From: Octopus bimaculoides | Taxonomy: Eukaryota | Assembly (NCBI RefSeq): GCF_001194135.2 | Contig: NC_068998.1 | Span: 32,126,740-32,179,197 of the forward strand | Length of the DNA: 52,458 bases | Reading direction: 5' to 3' | In this document: positions 1-9,918 of the stretch, piece by piece | Position numbering within the stretch: the first letter of the stretch is position 1 | Layout: every line of letters starts with the position of its first letter | Translations under genes and position numbers: made by a program | Notes under the pieces: generated by a model | Told to the model about the DNA's origin: nothing | What the model saw: the letters and a program-made list of their open reading frames with translations, nothing else | The model's database searches: none

Positions 1-267
1 GTTGCCAGTGCCCCTGGAATGGCTCTTGTGCGGGTGGCACATAAAAGACACCATTTCGAGCGTGGCCGTTTTCGTGTGGGTGACACGTAAAAGCACCCAC
101 TAAACTCTCTGAGTGGTTGGCGTTAGGAAGGGCATCCAGCTGTAGAAACTCTGCCAAATTAGATTGGAGCCTGGTGTAGCCATCCGGTTGCACCAGTCCT
201 CAGTCAAATCGTCCAACCCATGCTAGCATGGAAAACGGACGTTAAACGATGATGATGATGATGATGA
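1..267 (+). mobile_element. 3' UTR/tail of RTE-clade LINE (cut by window start), (GAT)n tail
   Basis: Matches the sequence directly downstream of the RTE ORF2 stop at 13035-13560 (minus) and 21250-21515 (plus): ...ggaagggcatccagctgtagaaac...catgctagcatggaaaacggacgttaaa(cgat)(gat)n. Confidence 0.8.
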
Positions 268-2044
268 ATAAAAATAAAGTCTTAACTGGAAATCCAGCAA
301 CCTGTTAAAGGTTATAGGAAATTTTAATTTTCATAAATTAACAGAAACTCTTGAGTTTGGATTAAATGTCTTATGGTAATGAAATTTTTTCCAATACACT
401 GTGAGGTCATATCTTACTAAGAACAACACTGCCATTCATCTCTCAAGCATTGATAAAGTAAGGATTAATAAATTGAAGTCAATGTAGTTGACTCTTCTTC
501 CTCTATAAATATTGGTTTAGTTGCCATTAAAATCAGACACAATCTTCTTTCGATGATCATGCTTTTGATTATGTAAATCTTGTTTCTTCAAATTAATAGC
601 ATTCAGAGAAAAGTGAAACTGAAATGAGTATTATGTTTTGCATTAATTTTAGATGACAAAAGAGATTAGATTGGTGTAGTGAGAGAGAAAATATAATACA
701 TTGCATTTTTTATGCATTTGGTATGCCTTGCTCAAGTAAACATTCCATGTGTTGCATGTGGAAGAGTCTGTTTGACTTTTTATATTATGAAAGAAAATAT
801 GAGATTAAAGATTATTTTTTTTAAAGGCAAAATCTAGGTTTTAAAATTAAAATTCTTTTGGATAGAAAAAATTAAACTTTCTCCACAAGAAAATATTTGT
901 ATATTATAACAATTTTGTGCTGCATATTCATAAAGCTTTAATTTTTTTTGCTTTCCTTAGAAGGAAATAGGGTAGCTATTGCTTATACTATTTCATAATA
1001 ATGAGTCAATAAGAGAACATATATAAAGTCATTATGCTAAAAATCAAGCCCGATCTCCCTCATATGTTATTAACTTATAAAAGAACACATTGGATAATGT
1101 AGTCCAACTTATCCCAAAGTACACTATGCTTGATAAAACCTGTTATAAACCATATGCTTATTTTGTTTGTAAACGTTGTTGTTGGATATCACCTGAAAGG
1201 AGAATTTGAAGCTTGTGTGTAAGCTATGATGTTAGATGAAAAGTAGAGAATCACCAAATAATTTATAAAAGTTATTAGTCACTATAGTCGATTATAGATT
1301 GTCTTTCTTGTGTGTATGCGTCTATGCATGTGTGTTGGTGTGTGTGTGTGTGTGTGTGTGCATTTGTGTGATGCATATGTGTATACACACATCCATATAG
1401 TTTAACAGTCCAACAGCTTTTAGTTCCTTTCTCTACCACAACAAAATATACTCATAAACTCAAAATTTGAGTCTTGCATATATTACCATGAAATACATTG
1501 AAGCCACCCTACTTTAGATGGCTGCTAATTATTCATATAAATGTAGGACTGATATTCTACGATGTCCAAGTAAAAATATTAACTTATTAACAGAGGAATA
1601 TTTAATTAGATTAAAATGCATTTTTATGTAGGCTAAGATCTAATATAAGTATAATTGTTTAAAGAGATGAGAAGTTGTTTTGCAAGATTTGGTAATTGTA
1701 AAGTATGCCATGAGAAAAAGTACAACTTGTTTTTCAAGTAATACTCTTTATTTAAAAAGAATTATTTATAATTTCTCAGTAAAGTGTTTTGAACAAAATT
1801 TTGAAGTGTTTCTTCTTGTCACAGCTGCTGAAAGACATTTCCTTTTATTATTTATTATAAGAAAATCTGATTCACAGTGAAAACAATTTCGCATCATACT
1901 AGATAAGTAAATCACCATTTAAACAATAATGCAAGTATGCTGCAATACACAACAAAGAAGACTATTCTACTGATAGAAGTATGAAAGAGAAAGCATTTTT
2001 AAATCTCTCTTCTAATTACATATAACATGTATGTATGTGTATAT

Positions 2045-2175
2045 ACATATATTTATCACCAACTTCATCATCATTTTAATTTCCACTTTCCATACTTGTA
2101 TGAGTCACACAGAATATATTCAAGTAGATTTTCTATTGCTGGATGCTCTTTTGGTTGCCAACCTATTTCCCCATA
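2045..2175 (-). mobile_element. Degraded SINE 3' tail (RTE-like (GAT)n tail)
   Basis: The reverse complement resembles the tail at 17110-17232 (ggttggcaacc...gcatccagcaatagaaaatct...gtatggaaagtgga...atgatgatg). Confidence 0.5.
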
Positions 2176-2279
2176 ACCAGACATTTTTTGTGGAAAATTG
2201 GAAATAAATGACACCTGTTGCACAATAGTGACACATGTTTACAACTATCATGTAATGTCAATGCAAGGAGATAGTAATG

Positions 2280-2358
2280 CACACACATACACATGCATGC
2301 ATGCATACATACATACATACATACATGCATGCATACATACATACATACATACATGCAT
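2280..2358. repeat. (TACA)n/(CATG)n microsatellite
   Basis: Directly visible; it explains ORFs 2163-2354 and 2198-2494. Confidence 0.9.
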
Positions 2359-2359
2359 A

Positions 2360-3145
2360 TGTGGTGGTTGTCTACTCCTTAAACAGAGTTTGACCACCTC
2401 CTGCACCTACACCTTAGCCCTTTCATGGCGTCTGATGTGGCTTTTTAAACCAGACAGTGTTTTGAAAAAACACCCACACAGATTGCACCTCTGATTTGCA
2501 CTACCAATACCTGCAAGTAAGTTCTGCTCATTGTGGATCCTAACATGTCTTTTAAGACCACCATTNNNNNNNNNNNNNNNNNNNNNNNNNNNNNNNNNNN
2601 NNNNNNNNNNNNNNNNNNNNNNNNNNNNNNNNNNNNNNNNNNNNNNNNNNNNNNNNNNNNNNNNNNNNNNNNNNNNNNNNNNNNNNNNNNNNNNNNNNNN
2701 NNNNNNNNNNNNNNNNNNNNNNNNNNNNNNNNNNNNNNNNNNNNNNNNNNNNNNNNNNNNNNNNNNNNNNNNNNNNNNNNNNNNNNNNNNNNNNNNNNNN
2801 NNNNNNNNNNNNNNCTGTGCACACAAAAAGGTCCTTGTCATTCACCTTCTCAGTCTTCACCTTTTTCCTTAAATGTCTCTTGAGCCCTGCTTGCATCATC
2901 CTGGCCTCTTCAAATGCTTTCACTCCACTCCACACCCTTGTTCGCCATCCAACTTGATCTGAAGCGAGGACTTCTATATCTTTTGGAGCCATTCCAATTG
3001 ACTTCATAGCAGTCCTTATGCCATCCTTAAACCTTTTCTTAGGTTTATGCCGATAACGTTTCCCCTCTGCCAGCTCACCATAAAACAGCTGTTTCGGCAT
3101 GCGTTCATCTGCCATTCGAACAATATGGCCACACCATCTCAATTG
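2360..3145 (-). mobile_element. 5'-truncated RTE LINE, ORF2 C-terminus with C2H2 zinc fingers
   Basis: Translation LRWCGHIVRMADERMPKQLFYGELAEGKRYRHKPKKRFKD...WRTRVWSGVKAFEE is a typical RTE C-terminal region, followed by FVCT[gap]GGLKRHVRIH and CNLCGCFFKTLSGLKSHIRRH. A paralogue lies at 51786-52110. Confidence 0.85.
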
Positions 3146-3214
3146 CATACATGCATATGTACATATGTACATACATATACATGCATACAAACATACACTC
3201 CCTCACACACACAT

Positions 3215-3330
3215 AACATGCTGCTTTCAGTTTCTGTCTACCAAATCCACTTAGACTGCCTGGGCTATAGTAGAGGACACCTGCTAAGGTGCCACGCAGT
3301 GCTAGATCTTACAGTCACTGGGTTGCAACA
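3215..3330 (-). mobile_element. tRNA-derived SINE family A, fragment
   Basis: tttcagtttctgtctaccaaatccact...gctatagtagaggacacctgctaaggtgccacgcagtg matches the copies at 35270-35380 and 45930-46030. Confidence 0.7.
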
Positions 3331-3596
3331 TCAAGTAAAGCACAACCCTGCAGAGTGCTTTAGTTTTATTAACAAAGCAAAAGAAAATACAACTCCTTTA
3401 CATTTTAAGGAAGTAAAAAAAAATGGCATCCAACAGTAAACAAGAATAATTTTATCAACTGAACAATCCCATTCTTCAAGTATGAAAAAGATGGATATAC
3501 AGCAGAGAGAATAATGTAAACAACACAAGATCTCAAAATAAATTTTGTACATGTACTTAATGACATTGTGTATTTATCATGAATATATTTAAGATG

Positions 3597-3633
<37 letters not shown>

Positions 3634-5710
3634 GCACTGTTAAGCTGTCTTTCTCATTCACAATACTTTTCAACACATTCCAAAAACAAATTCTCTTTAG
3701 AATAAATGTTTTCAATTTTAAGAAGTTACATTGCAAATTTACATGAAATCAACATTTCGTTTAATGATAAAAAAAAAAAAGGAAAAGGTGACAAGCTTGC
3801 AGTCATAGCATTTGATAGTTGAATTACAATTTAGGTTCAGTCAGTAAAGAATACTGAAAGGAACAAAAAATATTTTCAATTCTAATGCTGCATTTTAACT
3901 TAAACTTGGTTTTGGGACTCAGTTATCCTACACTGTTGGCAATAGTTTAANNNNNNNNNNNNNNNNNNNNNNNNNNNNNNNNNNNNNNNNNNNNNNNNNN
4001 NNNNNNNNNNNNNNNNNNNNNNNNNNNNNNNNNNNNNNNNNNNNNNNNNNNNNNNNNNNNNNNNNNNNNNNNNNNNTTTTTTTTTTTTTTTTTTCAACAC
4101 TTATACAAGAAGAGAAACAAGGTACTGCAAAAGAGAAATGCAAACCATTTCAATAGTTGAAGATAAAAATTTGCTTCACTATAAAAAATTTAGCACTTAA
4201 GAAAGTGAAAATTAAAACAGTTTAACTTCCTATTGTTCAGCTTCAGGCCAACACTGACTGAGCATATATATGATAAAAGGTATTGAAGATATGATTATCA
4301 GATTTTTGTTTCAGGGGATAATGTATCCAGAATTACATTAACTTTCTGGGAACATACTACACTCTAGATCAGAAGTATCACAAAATGAAATAAATTAACA
4401 AAATAGTTAAATTCAGGCATTGATGCAGATTTACAATTGAATTTTATGATGTCCATGTTAGAATATTTAGTCAGTTAAAGCAATATAAAATGTTCACATT
4501 TTATATTACTTCAGATATACAAGAAATATTAAATCAATAAATTGCCTGCATTGATATATTAATGTCTGCTGAATTTAATTGCTTTAAAATATGTATAATA
4601 TTGGACTTCTAAATATATTTCTGTAAACTGGAACAGCACTACTTGAATCTAAACCAGCGATATAAGTAAATCATAAGCTCTGGCTGATAATTTTTTAAGA
4701 CTATGTGAAGAATTTCTTTTAGTCATAATATCTTTGCTACATAACTATTACCTGTCTACTCAGTTCCCAGTCTGTTGCTTTTCATAAAAATCAGATCAAT
4801 CAAAATTGAGCAGAACTGTGTTCAAAGACATTTCATAAGACTGCATTATCTAAACAGTCCTTTCTTTTTTAAGATGACAGTGTTATTTGAGGGCGATTTG
4901 TCTGCTATTTCTAGTCATTTGAGTTATTGCATCTTCTTCTATTTGTCAGTCTAATGTAATTGGAATGGACCAGAATGATGTACAGCATGGAATAGTTAGA
5001 AAAAGTTATATAATGAAATTGAAACAATTACATTGAAGAAGAATCATTTAATGATTTAAAAAACTCAAAGTATGCTTTATTCACTTTTATTTCGTTTTTA
5101 GTACAACTGCTTATAAGGAAGTGTAAAGAAGTGTTGTTGCACTTACAACCTTACGTCAAATAAAAATTCATCTACACGACACTAGTGATAGAAAATATCT
5201 GAATGATGGCAAGTTATTTTTACACTTCTCTTCTATATATGACAATGCCTTCAATAGACTAAATTTCTATAAGCAGTAAGTAAACTGTTTTTCAGTGAAA
5301 ACATTAACTTTAAAAAGAAGACAATTTATACATCTAATTTATAACCACTTTTATATTTGGGGCTTAAATAGACAACTTTTGTTGCAGTAATAACATCATG
5401 AATCTGATAGATGCCACTGCTAAAGTTATAATTTGAAAACAGAAGAATATTGAATAATAGTCAGAAAATATAACCAAAGCTAGTTATGACAAAGTCACAA
5501 GCTAATTCAAACTACATCAATAAAAGTGACATACCTGGATTTAAGTTATACAACAAAAGTAGCTGATAGAGACACTGACTGGTCTAAATTAATGTCTATG
5601 CATGTTGTTCAAAAGTTTAGAATGTAAATTACACACTGTTTATTAAACTACACTAGATAAAGACACTGCTTGTTTTAGATTAAACTTTAGTATATAGAGG
5701 CTTGCCTTAT

Positions 5711-5937
5711 TTAACCTTTTATTATTCAGATTACTCTGTCAAATGTAATGTTTATTTATTCTCATTGTTTTAAATTAATCATGCATATACTGTAGATTTG
5801 AGATTTCAATGACGTAATTGTTTATTTTCAGAATGACATTGTTGGGAAGGTGTAAGAGGCCAAATATGGCTAATTTGAAGATAAAACAGGTAGATTATTC
5901 AGGCCAGATATGACTGGTTTAAATGCTAAAGATTTAA
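5711..5937. mobile_element. piggyBac-like non-autonomous element (TTAA target)
   Basis: Bounded by TTAA at 5711-5714 and 5934-5937 with degenerate inverted ends (ttaaccttttattatt / aatgctaaagatttaa). Removing it leaves cttgccttat-ttaa-atgaagccacaatatacagagac, an in-register satellite unit. Confidence 0.65.
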
Positions 5938-6214
5938 ATGAAGCCACAATATACAGAGACACTACTAATTCTAAGTTAAATCACAATAAATAGCAGACAT
6001 CACTTGTTCTAAAATGAAGTAAAGTATAGTGTCATTTCCTGTCCTACATTAATGTAAAATCAAAAAGAGAAACTGCTTTTCTAAATGAAACTACAGAGAA
6101 TATGACATTGCTTTTGCTAATTTAAACTACTGTATACAGAGGCACTACTTCTCTATTGTGTATAGTGACACTGCCTGTTTTAAATGAATCTACATTATAA
6201 TCAAATATTACCAG

Positions 6215-6778
6215 GGATCTTTTTTAAAACGGGGGCCACATTTTTCATTAACGAAACACTTTGAAACTTGGAACACTGGTAGAATGTGTCATATAAAACA
6301 TCTTTTTCTCTTAGTCTTCTTAAAAAAAAAAGAAATCCATAAATTATTCCATGTTAAAGTTGTCGTATTTCTGTAATTTCAACCAATCCCTGACGTCCAT
6401 TCAGCCGATATACATTAAGTGCCGACTACATAAACAAACGATTCTGAAACAATTAACCCTAACCCTAACCCTAACTCTAACCCTAACCCTAACCCTAACT
6501 CTAACCCTAACCCTAACCGTAGGGTTAGGGTTAGGGTTAAAGCAANNNNNNNNNNNNNNNNNNNNNNNNNNNNNNNNNNNNNNNNNNNNNNNNNNNNNNN
6601 NNNNNNNNNNNNNNNNNNNNNNNNNNNNNNNNNNNNNNNNNNNNNNNNNNNNNNNNNNNNNNNNNNNNNNTTCTATAACACAAAATAGATAAGTATACGA
6701 AGTTTGAATGTCTTTCGGTACCAAAAACACTACGTAAAACATTAATGAAAAATGTGGCCCCCGTTTTAAAAAAGATCC
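6215..6778. mobile_element. Non-autonomous DNA transposon, perfect 37-bp TIRs, 8-bp TSD (Merlin-like), carrying telomeric repeats
   Basis: TIR GGATCTTTTTTAAAACGGGGGCCACATTTTTCATTAA at 6215-6251 with its exact reverse complement at 6742-6778. Direct repeat ATTACCAG at 6207-6214 and 6779-6786. Contains an N gap (6546-6670). Confidence 0.9.
6454..6539. repeat. Interstitial telomeric repeat, (TAACCC)n followed by inverted (TTAGGG)n
   Basis: 11 TAACCC-type units (variant TAACTC at units 4 and 8, TAACCG at unit 11) at 6454-6519, then tagggttagggttagggtta at 6520-6539. Confidence 0.95.
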
Positions 6779-6872
6779 ATTACCAGTTCTAATTTTAAAT
6801 ACAATGATCAGTGACACACCCTGCTTAAATTTAAACTGTAGAAGTGACCTGCTTGTTCCAAATTAAACAACT

Positions 6873-7077
6873 TCATTCTTTTCTACTCTAAGTACAAGGC
6901 CTGAAATTTGGGTGAAGGGGGGGGGGCAGTTGATTTGATCAACCCAAGTACGCAACTGGTACTTAATTTATCAACCCTGAAAGAACGAAAGGCAAAGTCG
7001 ACTACAGCAGAATTTGAACTCAGAACATAAAGACAGACAAAATACTGTTAAGCATTTCACTCGGCATGCATGCTACC
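6873..7077 (-). mobile_element. SINE family B (core gagttcaaatt...gtcgactttgcctttcatcctttc...gataaat...gtaccag), 10-bp TSD
   Basis: Reverse complement of the core at 9775-9850; TSD TTAAACAACT at 6863-6872 and 7078-7087. Confidence 0.85.
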
Positions 7078-9348
7078 TTAAACAACTACATACATTGGTA
7101 TTTCCTATTCTAAATTTCACTAACATGAAGAGACACAGTAAGTTCTAAATTAAACTACAATGTATTGTGACATTGCCTGTTCTACTTGTTCTAAAAGGAA
7201 TTGTAATATGAAGCAGCACTGCTGGTTGTAAACGAAAATACAATGTATAAAAATACTGCCTATCCTAAATTAAACAACAGTTAATAGAGACACTGCATTT
7301 TTAAAATTAAAATACAGCATACTTAGACTCTATCTGTTCAAAATGAAACTGTAATATGTAGAGTCTTAGCATTTTCTAACTTCAGTTACAGATTACTGAG
7401 ATATTGCTAGTTGTAATTTAAGCTACAAAAAACAAGCGATGCTGCTTGTTGTAAATTAAACTATAATCTATAGTGTCATTGCCTGCTCTACATTAAACTA
7501 CAATGAACATGTGATTACATATTTTGAATTAACCTGCCATATTGAGATAGACTGACTATCCTAAATTACGCTGCAGTCAACAATGACCATGGCACTTCTA
7601 AATTTAACAATAGTGAAGAGAAATAGTGCTTGTTGTAAACTGAATGATAATAACAATGCTCTTTCTAAATTAAAAAAATATATATACAAATACAATATCT
7701 GTTCTAAATTCTACATAGACTGTCTCTCCAAAATTAATAGTTAATGAACAGAGACAGTGGTGTTCTAAATTAAAACTACAATATATAAAATCACTACCTG
7801 TTCTAAATTAAACTACAATCAGCAGAGATACTGCCTCCTCTGAATTTAACTATGAGGAACAGTGACAATGCCTGTCTAAATTAAATGATACTCATAGTGA
7901 CCTTCCTAAATTAAGTAAAAATGAGAAAGACTGTTTCTTCTAAAATGAAAACTATATCATACAGTGACACCACCTGGTCTGAATGAGAGCCACTGTCTAC
8001 TCAAATTAAGCTACAATATATACTCTCTTCACTAAATTAAATTACAGTAAGTGAGAAGACATTGTTTGTATTAATATACAGAAATACAGCCAGTTTCAAA
8101 TCAAACTACAATATAGAATTGATCAAAATTAAACTCCACTATACAAAAATATTACCTGTCCAAAATTAAACCAGAATGAACAAAGGTGCCACCTCTTTGA
8201 AATTAAATTACAATATATCAGGGAACTGCTTGTTCTAAAATGAACTACAATAGAGACAAGCCTATTGTAAATGAAACTTCAATATACAGAGATATTGTGT
8301 GTAACCAAATTTAACTCCAGTATATGGAGACACTGCTTGTTCTGCACTATACAAAGACACTGCATTTTCTAAATGAAATTACAACATAAAATCACTGCTT
8401 GTTCTAAATTTTACAGCAATGAACAGAGGGACTGTTTTTTTTAAAGAAAACTATAACAACACTGCCTGTTCTAAATTAACATACCATGTGTACATACAGT
8501 GCCTGTTCTAAATTAAAGTACAATATATAGAGATATTGTCTGTTTAAACTGAATTACAATATACATAGGTACTGCTAGTTGTAAATAAAACTAAAAGATA
8601 AAGACTGCCTATCCTAAATTAAGCTACAACAAAGGAAGCGTCTGTTCTAAATTAGACTACAATATTAAACTATATAGAAATACTGTTTTAAACTAAACTA
8701 TATTATATAGAAACACTGCCTGTTCTTAATTTCACTTCAATGTACAGAGGAATTGTTTGTTCTAAATTCAACTTCAATTAACAGATACACTGCCTGTACT
8801 AAGTTAGACTACAATGTATAACTACACTGCCTGCTTTACAAATTCTGCCTTGTAAATTAAACTACAATATATGGTGACCCTGTCTCTTTTAAATTAATAT
8901 GATGAAAAAAACTGAGGAACTGCTTGTTCTAATTTTAAATGCAATGATTAGAAAACTGACTATTCTGAAGTACGGTACAATATACAAAGACTCTGTCCAT
9001 CCTATATTTAACTAAAATAGAAACACTATCTATTTTAAATTAAGATCCAATATACAGATATACTGCATGTTTTAGACTTCAGTATCTTGTGACCATCAGT
9101 TTTCATTCTAAATACAATGAAGGGAGACACTACCTGTTCTAAATTAATCTACAATAGATGTAGGTATGGCTGTATGGTCAAAAAGCTTACTTCTCAAGCA
9201 TGTGGTTGGAAGTTTAGTCTCACTGTGTGGCTCCCTGGACAGATACTTTATACTATAGCCCCAGGTTGACCAAAACCTTGTGAGTAGATCTAGAGGACAA
9301 AAGCTGAAAGAAGTTGTATATACATATATATATGAAATTAAATGAATG

Positions 9349-9505
9349 ACAAAGGAACAAGAAATTATGCAATGAACTTCATTAGCTTACAGCTGTTTCT
9401 GCTGCAAGGTGCAGTGCACTAATGAGCTAAGTTCTTGTGCACCATCTTATTGCAGAAGCAACTGTAAGCAATTGAAGTTCATTGCATAATTTCCTGTTCT
9501 TTTGT
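9349..9505. repeat. Long inverted repeat (54-bp arms, 48/54 identity), possible Penelope-like terminus
   Basis: Arms at 9349-9402 and 9452-9505 compared by eye; lies next to the (TA)n of the host SINE. Confidence 0.8.
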
Positions 9506-9703
9506 AATTTTTTCTAATTTTGTATTATGCATTGTACCCCACTAATGCTTCATTTTAAAGCATATGTATATTGAATTCTAAGATCTGATTATTAGCATTG
9601 TTTTGCCTAGACAAAACAATAAGATATATGAATGTGTGTGTGTGTGCCCTTGTCTTAACATCATGTGATAGTTGTAAATGAGCAATATTATCATACTTGT
9701 GGT

Positions 9704-9918
9704 AAGACGGTGAGCAGGCAGAATTGTTAGCATGCTGGGTGAAATGCTTAGTGGTATTTCGTCTGTCTTTATGTACTGAGTTCAAATTCTGCTAAGGTCG
9801 ACTTTGCCTTTCATCCTTTCAGGGCTGATAAATTGAGTACCAGTTGCATGCTGGGGTTGATCTACTTGACTGGCCCCTTCCCCCAAAATTTCAGGCCTTG
9901 TGCCTAGAGTAGAAAAGG
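9704..9918 (+). mobile_element. SINE family B, full length, 16-bp TSD
   Basis: TSD TTATCATACTTGTGGT at 9688-9703 and 9919-9934; B-box-like gagttcaaattc; conserved core. Confidence 0.9.

Noticed and set aside
2407-2850. Host C2H2 zinc-finger gene exon
   Set aside because: It is continuous with RTE C-terminal motifs and recurs as a LINE paralogue at 51786-52110.
6454-6539. Ancestral chromosome end-to-end fusion site or real telomere
   Set aside because: The orientation is CCCTAA then TTAGGG, opposite to a fusion signature, and the array is short and enclosed within TIRs and a TSD.
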